From Candidatus Methylomirabilales bacterium (lineage in GTDB: Bacteria > Methylomirabilota > Methylomirabilia > Methylomirabilales > CSP1-5): 64,000 nt of DNA. This document shows positions 41,452 to 50,586 of this stretch, piece after piece. The position numbers and the translations under genes were made by a program. Under the pieces are notes generated by a model, which searched no databases, was not told the origin of the DNA, and saw only the letters and a list, made by a program, of their open reading frames with translations. The first letter of the stretch is position 1. Every line of letters starts with the position of its first letter. The stretch spans positions 83,898 through 147,897 of the forward strand of contig JBHIAH010000001.1 in the NCBI GenBank assembly GCA_046758505.1, in the 5' to 3' direction.

Positions 41452-42747
41452 GTGATCCCCACCGCCATTCCCAAAGGGGTACGCGTTCTCTCCCCGGCCG
41501 AGGCAGCCCGCCTCAGATGGGTCGAGAAGACGCTTCTCTCCGTCTTTCAGCGCTGGGGTTTTCGGGAAGTCCTGACCCCCACCTTCGAATATCTCGACGT
41601 CTTCGCCCACGGGGCGGGGGATGTGGTTGAAGGAAAGGCCTTCAAGTTCGTGGACCGACAGACCGGGCTTCTCCTGGCGCTGCGGCCTGATCTGACCCCC
41701 CAGGTGGCGCGGATGGTCGCTGCCACCATGCGGCATCATCCCCTCCCGCTCCGGCTCGCGTACTCCACCTCGGTCTTCCGCCACGAGGAGCCCCAGGCAG
41801 GACGGCAGCGGGAGTTCTTTCAGGCCGGCGTTGAGCTGATCGGCTCGGACCGGCCCGAGGCAGATGCCGAGATGATCGCCATGGCGGTCGAGGGATGCCA
41901 GGAGGCCGGGCTCCAACGTTTCCAGATCGACGTCGGCCAGGTAGAGTACCTCCGGGGGATGCTCAACGCGCTCAACCCGTCGCCCGAACTCCGCCGAAAG
42001 ATCGTTTCCGCCCTCCGACGCAAGGACGCGTTGGAGCTCGAACTCACCCTGAAGCCGCTCCAGGCCGAGGCGAGATTGAAAGAGGGGATCCTGAATCTGA
42101 CCACCCTGTACGGGGACGAAGCGGTCCTGGAACAGGCGAAGGCGTGGGCCGTCACCGAGCAGTCCCGGGTGGCTCTCGAGAACCTGATCGACGTCTACGC
42201 AGTCCTCAAGACCTATGGTCTGGCCGAGCACATCATCATCGATTTGGGCGAGACGTATGCCTTCGACTACCACACCGGGGTCGTCTTTCAGGTCTTCACC
42301 GAGTCGCTCGGCTACCCCATCGGTGGAGGCGGGCGCTACGATAACCTGATCGGCCGGTTCGGCTACCCCTGTCCCGCCACCGGGTTCGCCTTCGAGCTGG
42401 AGAAGGTTCTCGGCGCCCTGGAGGCAGAGGGAATCCTGCCGGCGGATCAAGGGCCGGACTTCCTCATCATCGATTTCAATCCGGACAAGCGCCAGGCCCT
42501 TCACATCGCCCGGGCCCTGCGGGGCAAGGGCTACGCTGTAGCCAGGGACATCATCCGGCGCGACCTCGAGGGGTCGCTCGACTATGCCCGAGTGAGCGCG
42601 ATCCCCCGCGCTCTCATCCTAGGCCTCGATGGAATGCCCGGGGATACCATGTCCCTGCGAGATCTTACGAGAGGGACTGAGACAACCTTCTCTATTCCGG
42701 AGTTTATCCAGCGCGTCAGGGATGGGACACTCCAATGGCCAACGTGA
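41452..42747 (+). CDS. hisZ: ATP phosphoribosyltransferase regulatory subunit
   Basis: HisRS-like core without an anticodon domain: FQRWGFREVLTPTFEYLDVF, FQAGVELIG, GGGRYDNL. hisZ-purA adjacency. Confidence 0.85.
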   Translation: MIPTAIPKGVRVLSPAEAARLRWVEKTLLSVFQRWGFREVLTPTFEYLDVFAHGAGDVVEGKAFKFVDRQTGLLLALRPDLTPQVARMVAATMRHHPLPLRLAYSTSVFRHEEPQAGRQREFFQAGVELIGSDRPEADAEMIAMAVEGCQEAGLQRFQIDVGQVEYLRGMLNALNPSPELRRKIVSALRRKDALELELTLKPLQAEARLKEGILNLTTLYGDEAVLEQAKAWAVTEQSRVALENLIDVYAVLKTYGLAEHIIIDLGETYAFDYHTGVVFQVFTESLGYPIGGGGRYDNLIGRFGYPCPATGFAFELEKVLGALEAEGILPADQGPDFLIIDFNPDKRQALHIARALRGKGYAVARDIIRRDLEGSLDYARVSAIPRALILGLDGMPGDTMSLRDLTRGTETTFSIPEFIQRVRDGTLQWPT

Positions 42748-44039
42748 TCGTGGTCGGCACGCAGTGGGGGGACGAGGGCAAGGGAAAGGTCGTTGACACC
42801 ATCAGCGAATCCTTCGACGCCGTGGCCCGGTATCAGGGGGGGAACAACGCGGGACACACCGTGGTGGTGGGCAACGAAAAGGTGATCCTCCACCTCGTTC
42901 CCTCGGGCATCCTTCGGAAAGGGAAGACCTGCATCCTCGGAAACGGCGTGGTGGTCGATCTCCCGGGCCTCACCCATGAACTCAACCAGCTCCGCCGCCT
43001 GGCTGTGAACGCCGAGGGACATCTGTTCATCGGGAAAAACGCCCACCTGGTCCTCCCCTACCACAAGATCCTGGACCACGAGCGGGAGAGGGACGCCGCC
43101 CGACCCATCGGGACCACCGGACGCGGGATCGGTCCCGCGTACGCCGATAAGGTCGCCAGAGTGGGGATCCGCATCGGCGATCTCTTCGACCCGGCCCTGT
43201 TCCGCGAGCGACTGCGCGCCAATCTGGCCGAGAAGCAGGCCCGCGCCACGAAAGAGAGTGCGCTGCACACCCTCGATCCCGAGGCCGTCTTTGACGAGCA
43301 GATGGCCCACTTCCGCGAAGTCGAGGCCTTTCTGGTCGACGCCTCGGCGGTCCTGAACCGGATGATCGACGAGGGAAAGAAGATCCTGTTTGAGGGGGCG
43401 CAGGGCACCCTCTTGGATGTGGACCTGGGGACGTACCCGTATGTGACCTCGAGCAGCGCCACAGCCGGAGGGGCCTGCATCGGCACCGGGGTCGGCCCGA
43501 CCCGGGTTGACGGGGTCCTGGGCGTCATCAAGGCCTACACAACGCGGGTGGGGGAAGGGCCGTTCCCCACCGAGCTCAGAGATAACATCGCCGAGGAACT
43601 CCGCAAGCGCGGAGGAGAGTACGGGGCCACCACAGGCAGACCCAGGCGATGCGGGTGGCTCGACGCGATTGCCCTTCGCTATGCCATCCAGGTGAACGGC
43701 CTCAGTACGTTGGCGCTGACAAAGCTGGACGTCTTGGATCCGTTCCCGGTACTCCGGATCTGCCGCGCCTATCGCTACCGGGGTCACACCCTGGAGGATT
43801 TCCCCAACGAGACTGATATCCTGACGGAATGCCAGCCGGTCTACGAGGAGATCGAGGGGTGGCAGGAAAGCACGGTCGGGCGCACCTCGATCGCGGAACT
43901 GACCCAGGAGTGCCGCGCCTTTCTAGACCGGCTCGAGGCCATCCTCGGTATCAACATCTCCATCATCTCCACGGGCCCCGAGCGGGACCAGACCATCCTC
44001 CTCCCCACCCCCACCTTGAAGCAGTGGGGCCTGGTGTAG
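42735..44039 (+). CDS. purA: Adenylosuccinate synthetase
   Basis: MANVIVVGTQWGDEGKGK, GGNNAGHT, TTGRGIGPAY. Confidence 0.95.
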   Translation: MANVIVVGTQWGDEGKGKVVDTISESFDAVARYQGGNNAGHTVVVGNEKVILHLVPSGILRKGKTCILGNGVVVDLPGLTHELNQLRRLAVNAEGHLFIGKNAHLVLPYHKILDHERERDAARPIGTTGRGIGPAYADKVARVGIRIGDLFDPALFRERLRANLAEKQARATKESALHTLDPEAVFDEQMAHFREVEAFLVDASAVLNRMIDEGKKILFEGAQGTLLDVDLGTYPYVTSSSATAGGACIGTGVGPTRVDGVLGVIKAYTTRVGEGPFPTELRDNIAEELRKRGGEYGATTGRPRRCGWLDAIALRYAIQVNGLSTLALTKLDVLDPFPVLRICRAYRYRGHTLEDFPNETDILTECQPVYEEIEGWQESTVGRTSIAELTQECRAFLDRLEAILGINISIISTGPERDQTILLPTPTLKQWGLV

Positions 44040-44201
44040 TTCACGGTTCACAGCCAATAACCAGCAGTCAGCAGCCAGCTGTCAGCCGTCGGCAACCAAT
44101 TCAAAGCCCGCTATCTCCTGATAACTGATTGCTGACCGCTGATGGCTGATCGGTAGTTGCTGAACGCTGAGTGCTGGCTGCTGCCTGCTGATAGCTCATA
44201 A
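44039..44201. repeat. Longest locus: 8 units (GTTCACG...GTCAGCA-type) plus 12 units (CTGAnnG-type), purA / beta-propeller spacer
   Basis: 44039-44097 is eight units in perfect register. 44118-44201 is twelve units (CTGATAA CTGATTG CTGACCG CTGATGG CTGATCG GTAGTTG CTGAACG CTGAGTG CTGGCTG CTGCCTG CTGATAG CTCATAA). The arms are partly complementary. Confidence 0.9.
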
Positions 44202-44204
44202 CGG

Positions 44205-45176
44205 GTGGACGACATGTGGCTGCTTCGTTGGTCAGGGAGAATCCTTGCGACCTTCCTGTGTGTTCTGGCCTCCGGGGCCACTCTCTGGGCTGATGTTGTC
44301 GTGGTCGCAAACGAACACGCCGGCACCCTGTCGATATTGAATCCCAAGGTGCGGGAAGCCATCGGAATACTCGAGGTCGGGGGGGATCCCCACAATCTGG
44401 GCGTGACCAGGGATGGGCGACGGGTCGTGGTAACGCAACCATCCGCCGGGATGGTGACGGTTGTTGATGCCCGCCTCCCAAGAATATTGAAGCATCTGAA
44501 GGTCCCCGGATGGCCCCACGGCGTCGCGGTGAGTCCAGATGACCGCTGGGCCTTTGTGGGTGCGGAAAGGCACCGGAAAGTATATGTGGTGGATCTCCAG
44601 CGCCTGGGCCTCGACCGGGCATTCGCCGTGGAGCCTGCGGTCCACAACCTGGTCATCACCAAGACTGGCCAGGCGTGGATGACGGCCCTGGGGGAACGTT
44701 TTCTTTGGCTTGTGGATCTCCAAGCCGGGATGTTGATATCCCGCCTCGAGACGACAGCTAGGCCCCACGACCTCGCCCTCACACGCGGCGGAGATATCCT
44801 CTGGGTCGCAAACTGGGGGAGCAGGGATGTGTTCCTCGTTCATGGGCAGCCACGCCAGGTCGAGACGATACCGATCTCGGGTCGCCAGCCCCACCATGTC
44901 GCAATCACGCCCGATGAGCGCGAGATCTGGATCACGAATCACGGGTCGCAGGACATCAGTGTCATCGATGCCTTGGCCCAACGCGAAATAGCTAGAATCG
45001 CAGTCGGCAAAGCCCCGCATCACGTGGCCTTTTCAGCCGACGGGCGCAGGGCGTACGTTGCCAACAGCGGATCGGATACTGTGTCAGTCGTGGACGTCGC
45101 GGCTAGACGCGAGGTGAGCCGGCTACCAGCCGGCGCGCACCCCCACGGAATCGTCGTCATCCCCGACACCCCCTGA
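44205..45176 (+). CDS. Secreted YVTN-type beta-propeller repeat protein
   Basis: Repeated about-40-aa units (G.PHGVAVSPDGR.AYVAN...VSVVD). Signal-like N-terminus. ATG 44214 is an alternative start. Confidence 0.7.
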   Translation: MDDMWLLRWSGRILATFLCVLASGATLWADVVVVANEHAGTLSILNPKVREAIGILEVGGDPHNLGVTRDGRRVVVTQPSAGMVTVVDARLPRILKHLKVPGWPHGVAVSPDDRWAFVGAERHRKVYVVDLQRLGLDRAFAVEPAVHNLVITKTGQAWMTALGERFLWLVDLQAGMLISRLETTARPHDLALTRGGDILWVANWGSRDVFLVHGQPRQVETIPISGRQPHHVAITPDEREIWITNHGSQDISVIDALAQREIARIAVGKAPHHVAFSADGRRAYVANSGSDTVSVVDVAARREVSRLPAGAHPHGIVVIPDTP

Positions 45177-45468
45177 AGGTTTCCAAATGGCGGACACCCG
45201 CTCATCCGTTTTCCTGCGTGATGACTCACCCTCCCCTGCTATAACGAGCCTGAAGACCTGGTAGCTGAGCGAGCAGCGCACACACCTTTTCAGCGATAAG
45301 GCGGTCCAGAGCCCCTCTGTAAGTTGCGGGGCTCATCGAGCAGTGATTATTTGGCACCACTAGCATCATGGAAATGGGGCGGCGAATGCGGGGTTTTCGA
45401 TTCCCTGTGCGACCCGAAATCCCAATCCTCCAAGCGGGAAGGGACGGCGTGACCGAAGCATCTGGCGC

Positions 45469-45497
45469 TTGACACACCCTCCCGAGTGGTGGATACT
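45469..45497 (+). promoter_or_regulatory. Candidate promoter upstream of the IPCT/DIPPS-like gene
   Basis: TTGACA, 17-nt spacer, GATACT. It would give a roughly 350-nt leader. Confidence 0.3.
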
Positions 45498-45773
45498 CAA
45501 TCTCCCCCCTCTGCCCCCCAGCCAACACTGGGGTCACAGGGTCCCGGCGGGAAAGGCACCTCGATGAAAAGGGACGACACTTCTGTACCACCTAAGGCAG
45601 GAATACCCCATGTCAGCCGAATGGACCCCTCCCGGATGCGAAGCAGCCCAGACCGGCACAAGGAATACGGCCACCGTGACGGTGATCACATCACAAGTGG
45701 TAAGGCCCCCCTGGCATAACCCCAATAGTAGCCGCACTTAACATCAAGAGCCGTAAAGTCGGACATAAACCAC

Positions 45774-45802
45774 GGTTCACAGCAGTGTCCCGACGATGAA
45801 CC
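45774..45802. repeat. Mini heptamer element GGTTCAC AGCAGTG TCCCGAC GATGAAC C
   Basis: Inverted termini GGTTCA...TGAACC, 50 nt upstream of the low-GC IPCT/DIPPS-like gene. Confidence 0.5.
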
Positions 45803-45850
45803 ATACTAGTTAAGCAAAGACCTCACCAAAGGATTAAGGCTCGACTGACC

Positions 45851-47176
45851 ATGAACTGCCTCATCATTGCTGCAGGACGGGGAAGAAGATTCCTTTCCCA
45901 AGGGGACTCAAAGCCGCTCATTCGACTCTTGGGATTGTCCCTGATCGAACGGGTCATATTGACCGCAAACAGCGTGGGTCTGAACGACTACTATGTAGTC
46001 AGCGGCTACAATGGTGAGAAGCTCCGCCAAGCATTGGACAGACTCAGTCGGTCCCGAAATCTACGAATAACCCACCTCATCAACGAAGAGTGGGAGAAGG
46101 AAAACGGATTATCTGTTCTGAAGGCGAAGACGGTCCTCAATCAGAATTTTATCCTCTTAATGGCAGACCATATCTTGGATGAATCAATACTGCTCAAACT
46201 CAAGAATCAACCCATTGCCGAAGCTGAAACGATCCTGGCTGTAGATTACAACATCGACACGAACAAGCTTGTTGATGCTGATGATGTTACGAAAGTTCTT
46301 GTCGCCGGCGATCGGATCGTAGACATAGGAAAGAACATCAAGAAATACAACGCTTACGACACAGGGGTTTTCCTTCTTTGTTCACCCGACATATTCAGCG
46401 CCATCGAAGAGAGTGTCCAGAGAGGCGACAGTTCACTTTCAGGAGCAATCAGGATAGCGGCCGAAGATAACAAAGCCAAAGCGATGGGCATTAAGGATGC
46501 TTTCTGGATTGACGTCGATGATGACCTATCCCTGAAAAAGGCCGAAGGCCAGCTCTTATCCACGGTGAAAAAGTCATCGGATGGCTTTATTTCGAGATAC
46601 ATCAATAGACCACTCTCGATCAGGGCCACAAAACATCTTTTAAAAACCGAGATTACTCCAAACTCTGTTTCCTTCTTTTCGTTTGTTCTTTCAATGGTGG
46701 GGGCGGTTTTTTTCTTTTCAGGGGGATATATTCCTTTGGTTATTGGGTCAATCCTGGCACAAATATCATCCATCATTGACGGATGTGATGGTGAGATAGC
46801 AAGATTAAGATTCCAGGTCACGGAATTCGGAGGATGGTTTGATGCTGTCCTCGATCGATACGCTGATGGCTTTCTGCTTTTGGGTTTGACGTTTCAAGTG
46901 TATTCTACAAATGTCCACTTTCTAATCGTGTTAATTGGGTTTCTAGCAATACTAGGCACTTTCATGAATAGTTACACAGCGGAGAAATTCGACCGTTTCA
47001 TGCAGAGAAGACTTCCCCATGGGAAGTACTATTTTAGAATGGGTCGGGATTTGAGGATGTTTATCATATTTCTTGGGGGCCTCGCCAATCAGCCTCTTTT
47101 AGTGCTCGTTGTCATTGCTTTGATAATGAATGCAGAGAATGTCAGACGAATGATCCTTGTAGTGGAGAATGAGTAG
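45851..47176 (+). CDS. Bifunctional nucleotidyltransferase / CDP-alcohol phosphotransferase (IPCT/DIPPS-type architecture)
   Basis: N-terminal sugar/alcohol-phosphate nucleotidyltransferase motif IIAAGRGRRF. C-terminal membrane domain carries the CDP-alcohol motif DGCDGEIARLRFQVTEFGGWFDAVLDRYAD. Clearly more AT-rich than its surroundings. Confidence 0.8.
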   Translation: MNCLIIAAGRGRRFLSQGDSKPLIRLLGLSLIERVILTANSVGLNDYYVVSGYNGEKLRQALDRLSRSRNLRITHLINEEWEKENGLSVLKAKTVLNQNFILLMADHILDESILLKLKNQPIAEAETILAVDYNIDTNKLVDADDVTKVLVAGDRIVDIGKNIKKYNAYDTGVFLLCSPDIFSAIEESVQRGDSSLSGAIRIAAEDNKAKAMGIKDAFWIDVDDDLSLKKAEGQLLSTVKKSSDGFISRYINRPLSIRATKHLLKTEITPNSVSFFSFVLSMVGAVFFFSGGYIPLVIGSILAQISSIIDGCDGEIARLRFQVTEFGGWFDAVLDRYADGFLLLGLTFQVYSTNVHFLIVLIGFLAILGTFMNSYTAEKFDRFMQRRLPHGKYYFRMGRDLRMFIIFLGGLANQPLLVLVVIALIMNAENVRRMILVVENE

Positions 47177-47624
47177 TGCGCCGTCGATCACATGCTGTCC
47201 CGGCCCCTGTAGCGACGCGGGGATCAAGAAGAGGGGCGAAACGAGGGGTCGTGTTTCGTGTCCGAGCGAACTCTTTCGGCCATCCTGGGGTCTTCCGGGG
47301 AGGAAGCTGTCAACTTGAGATCCAGGACAGCGGCAATCCATTTGTCGTTCCGGCGTGGCAGACGACCAAATCGCTCGACGACGGCTGTCGTGGCTCTGGG
47401 ATCCAAGCTCACTATCTCCCCGCTCCCAAGCGCCGTCTCGCGCTGGACTTCCCCTGCCGGCTCTCGCTCGCTGCTGTCGCCCCTCACGGACGTTCATGGC
47501 GTGCTCTGCCGCCGGCCTGGCGTGGGACCCAGGAGCTCCCCTTCGTCGTGCACAAGGCCCTGCGGACCACACTTTTAGGCACCGCCTGCGTCAACCAATT
47601 ATTCCCTTTCACAGAAGCAGGATC

Positions 47625-48515
47625 ATGTTTGACGTCTGCGTCATCGGCCACGTGACGAGGGACATCATACGCATGACCCGTGCGGGCACAGAACTCCCGG
47701 GCGGCGTCGCCTATTACTTTTCCATGGCATGCAAAAGCCTCGGATCGAGAGTGACCGTGGTGACAAAGTGCAGAGAGGACGACCGGCTTCTCTTGAGCGA
47801 TCTGGTGACTCAGCATATTCCGATTTGTTTTCAGCGGAGTGAGCAGACAACGACGTGTGAGCATACGTACCTGAAGGATCCCAATGTGAGAAGAGAGAAG
47901 ATCACAGGCGTCGCCGCCCCATTCACGACCGAGGATATCCCACATGTCTCCGCCAGCGTTTTTCACGTCGGACCGCTCACCAAGTCGGATATTTCGGTGG
48001 ATGTCCTCACGCTCCTTTCACAAAAATCACGGGTATCCTTGGATATCCAAGGATTCCTCCGACACATCGAGAACGGAAAAATCAGATACACGGATTGGGA
48101 ACAGAAGGAGGAGGGATTACGATACGTCAATATTTTAAAGGCCGACGAAACCGAGGCAAAAATCCTCTCGGGACAGATGGATCTCGACCGAGCGGCCCTG
48201 CGGCTCTCGGCATATGGGATCAATGAAATCATCATTACCCGGGGGAATAACGGATCTGTGATTTATGCCGGAGGAAAGGCGTATCCCATCCCCGCTTTCA
48301 TTCCCACGAGAATCGTTGATCCGACGGGATGCGGGGATACCTATATGGCTGGATATATTTTCAAGCGGCTTCAGTCGTGCCCAATCGACGACGCGGGGAA
48401 CTTCGCGGCCGCAGCCGCGTCGTTAAAGCTCGAGCGATCCGGACCCTTCCGAGGAACCGAACAGGACGTCCAAGACTTTTTGGACCACCAGCGAACGAGA
48501 GCTGGAAAGGGATGA
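47625..48515 (+). CDS. PfkB-family carbohydrate/polyol kinase
   Basis: MFDVCVIGHVTRDII and C-terminal signature DPTGCGDTYMAGY. Lower GC. The ORF-track start at 47355 is a GC-rich non-coding-looking extension. Confidence 0.8.
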   Translation: MFDVCVIGHVTRDIIRMTRAGTELPGGVAYYFSMACKSLGSRVTVVTKCREDDRLLLSDLVTQHIPICFQRSEQTTTCEHTYLKDPNVRREKITGVAAPFTTEDIPHVSASVFHVGPLTKSDISVDVLTLLSQKSRVSLDIQGFLRHIENGKIRYTDWEQKEEGLRYVNILKADETEAKILSGQMDLDRAALRLSAYGINEIIITRGNNGSVIYAGGKAYPIPAFIPTRIVDPTGCGDTYMAGYIFKRLQSCPIDDAGNFAAAAASLKLERSGPFRGTEQDVQDFLDHQRTRAGKG

Positions 48516-48801
48516 CCGATTCCTGATCGTGGACTGGCAGGGCGTCCGAGATCGAGCATTCCCACGACTTGTGAGCCACGAGGTGTGCCAGCCCTACTCA
48601 CGGCCGCATGAAGGGGGGACGATATTTCCTGTCGACGCCAAGATTGAACCCGACGCAGTTAAACAGATTAGGCAAGCCTGCCACCCCACGTTCACAAATT
48701 AGGCGAGGCTGACATTTCACACCTCACGTCGCTACCCCGGTTCCATCCCCACATCTCTTAAGGAGGCATGGCCAGGAGCCGCCGCAGCGGACCCGCTACC
48801 G

Positions 48802-49494
48802 TTAGTCGGAGGACGCCACCTGGTTCGGCCGGAGCAGGTGGTCCTCCACCCCCCTGACGCCGGGAACGTCTTCGACGAGGACCCGCAGGGCCCGGCGGAC
48901 CTCAGCGTAGGCGACGAAGCCCACGAGGCGCACGATCCCGTCGGCCACCATGACCTGCACGGAAGGCCACTCCAGCCACTCGATAATCTTGAGCTCCTCG
49001 GAGACCCGTCGTTGGATCTCCGCGTCGTCAGGCGGCATTCCAGCCGGGTCGGCGGGTACTGGCCGCAGGGCGAGGGCCCGGACCAGGTCTCGGCGGCTCA
49101 CGATCCCGACGAGGTGCTCGTCGCGGACGACCGGGACTCGCTTGATTCGGTGCTCCTCGAGGATCCGGGCAATCTCCTCGACTGGAGTCTCTTCCGTGAC
49201 GGTTACCGGCGGCTGGTTCATCACGTCCTCGACCTGCTTTCCGTGGATCCGAATAAACTCGCGCGCCTGCCCCTCCCGGTCCGCCAGGAAGGCCAGCCAC
49301 CATTTCTTGCGGCGGGGACTTCGAAGCCGATGAACCAGGTCGGCTTCGCTCACCACCCCCAGGACCTCGCCGCCGGCCCCGACCACCGGGACAGCGCCCA
49401 CCCCCGTGTCGAGGAGGAGCCACGCGAGGGTCTCGACCAACATCTCCGGCGTCGCCGTGACCACCTCGTGCGTCATCACGTCCCGTGCCAGCAT
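48802..49494 (-). CDS. CBS-pair plus BON domain protein
   Basis: Two CBS halves (ARDVMTHEVVT...AVPVV and VEDVMNQPPVTV...RVPVV) and a C-terminal BON-like VQVMVADGIVRLVGFV...VPGVRGVEDHL. Confidence 0.8.
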   Translation of the reverse strand: MLARDVMTHEVVTATPEMLVETLAWLLLDTGVGAVPVVGAGGEVLGVVSEADLVHRLRSPRRKKWWLAFLADREGQAREFIRIHGKQVEDVMNQPPVTVTEETPVEEIARILEEHRIKRVPVVRDEHLVGIVSRRDLVRALALRPVPADPAGMPPDDAEIQRRVSEELKIIEWLEWPSVQVMVADGIVRLVGFVAYAEVRRALRVLVEDVPGVRGVEDHLLRPNQVASSD

Positions 49495-49549
49495 GGCACT
49501 CCTCGTCTCGCCTGCATCTCCAATAAGGGTTGGAGGGGCATATATGAGC

Positions 49550-49596
49550 GAGAAATGAAAACGCCCTCCCGGGCCGTGCTCCGCCCGGGAGGGCGT
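49550..49596 (-). terminator. Strong intrinsic terminator on the minus strand, 55 nt upstream of the CBS-BON start codon
   Basis: Perfect 13-bp stem ACGCCCTCCCGGG / CCCGGGAGGGCGT with a 10-nt loop. On the minus strand it is followed by UUUCAUUUCU. Confidence 0.7.
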
Positions 49597-49925
49597 CTAA
49601 GTGCCTGGTGCGCCATCGATTGTGCCTGAGGTGGGCCCGGGGCTATGGTCACCCCGGTTTCATACCTCCACCACTTGCGGGGAGCTTCCCCCTCCCCTCA
49701 TCCCCTGGTCACCCAAGCGACCACGGGAAGGGCCGCCAACAATATAACCTCCTTGCAACAAGACAAATGAGATGTCAATGACGCTGGTCGACCATTAATA
49801 TGATTGAGATTAGATTCACGGGGGGGGCGGGCCGGATGTAGCAGGCTCGGATTTGCCAGTTCCCTCTGTAGGAGAACTGTAGGGCAAATGTCTATTCCGC
49901 GGCCATTTCCACCCGGGGAACCCCC

Positions 49926-49955
49926 TTGACATCCGAGGTGCTATTATGATATATT
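49926..49955 (+). promoter_or_regulatory. Candidate promoter of the PilZ gene, in an AT-rich divergent region
   Basis: TTGACA, 18-nt spacer, TATATT. Confidence 0.4.
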
Positions 49956-50061
49956 TTATTGTATAAATTAAAGAGTTGTCGCACTTTCCTCGATTTGGTC
50001 TGAATGTTGCATTGTATCTGCCTGTATACGCAGCGTCTCTACGAAAGGGGGGAAGCCATCG

Positions 50062-50424
50062 ATGCTTCGCGACGTGGATGGAGGCAAACGGCGGCATCGC
50101 CGGTGGGCAGCAGGAGGCCGGCTCGTGGGACGGATTGACGCCACCCAGAGGGTGTCTTTCGTCGATATCAGCCTGGGCGGGGCCCTGATCGAACATTCGA
50201 CAATGGTCCAGCCTGGAATGATCTCATTCCTGACCCTCTCGCTCTCCGGGGAGGAGGAAGCCCTGAAGTGCCGTGTGGTGCGATCGGCGGTCCATCGCTA
50301 TGAGATCGAGCCCACCGGGGAGCGGGGCCTGGTCTATCGCTCGGGGGTGGAATTTCTGGACACCTCGGAGGTATCCCTGCGCCTGATCGACAAATCCATC
50401 GAGTCCCTGAAGGCCGTCGCCTAA
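50062..50424 (+). CDS. PilZ-domain protein
   Basis: RRHRR (RxxxR) followed by DISLGGA (D/NxSxxG). Confidence 0.7.
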   Translation: MLRDVDGGKRRHRRWAAGGRLVGRIDATQRVSFVDISLGGALIEHSTMVQPGMISFLTLSLSGEEEALKCRVVRSAVHRYEIEPTGERGLVYRSGVEFLDTSEVSLRLIDKSIESLKAVA

Positions 50425-50548
50425 CCTGTTGACCGCAGAATCTCCGCGCTCTCAACCTCATACCTCCTCGGTCCTTTCCCTGTAACACAGAGAGTCCAGG
50501 TCACGTTTCCCTTGACGGTGCTGGGACACGTGTGGGACCAGGTTTGAG

Positions 50549-50577
50549 TTGACTCCCGCCAGATAACGGTGCAAAAT
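50549..50577 (+). promoter_or_regulatory. Candidate promoter of tRNA-Lys
   Basis: TTGACT, 17-nt spacer, CAAAAT. The tRNA 5' end lies 9 nt downstream. Confidence 0.4.
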
Positions 50578-50586
50578 CACTCGCGG

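Noticed and set aside
45226-45591. 121-aa minus-strand ORF between the beta-propeller gene and the low-GC islet.
   Set aside because: No RBS, no motif, and a Arg/Pro/Ser-rich translation. The region is more likely non-coding or decayed sequence.
47355-47624. 90-codon N-terminal extension of the PfkB kinase given by the ORF track.
   Set aside because: The extension is GC-rich, Arg/Pro/Ala-rich and unlike the low-GC body. The kinase fold begins at MFDVCVIGH (ATG 47625).
49640-49680. tmRNA or tRNA-like 3' end, suggested by CTCCACCA at 49666-49673.
   Set aside because: The preceding stem CCCGGGG/CCCCGG encloses a 9-nt loop without the TTCRANY T-loop, and there is no matching acceptor 5' strand or tag-ORF context.
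49688-49713. A G-quadruplex on the minus strand (four G-tracts).
   Set aside because: The tracts can equally pair with neighbouring C-runs (GGGGAG...CUCCCC). There is no way to judge this from sequence alone, so it is not reported as a feature.
49600-49780. Assigning the CBS-BON leader to the c-di-AMP (ydaO) riboswitch class.
   Set aside because: Only loose resemblances (GGGGUGA, AGCCCCGGG) to what I remember of the consensus, and no convincing pseudo-two-fold architecture. It is kept as an unclassified structured leader.
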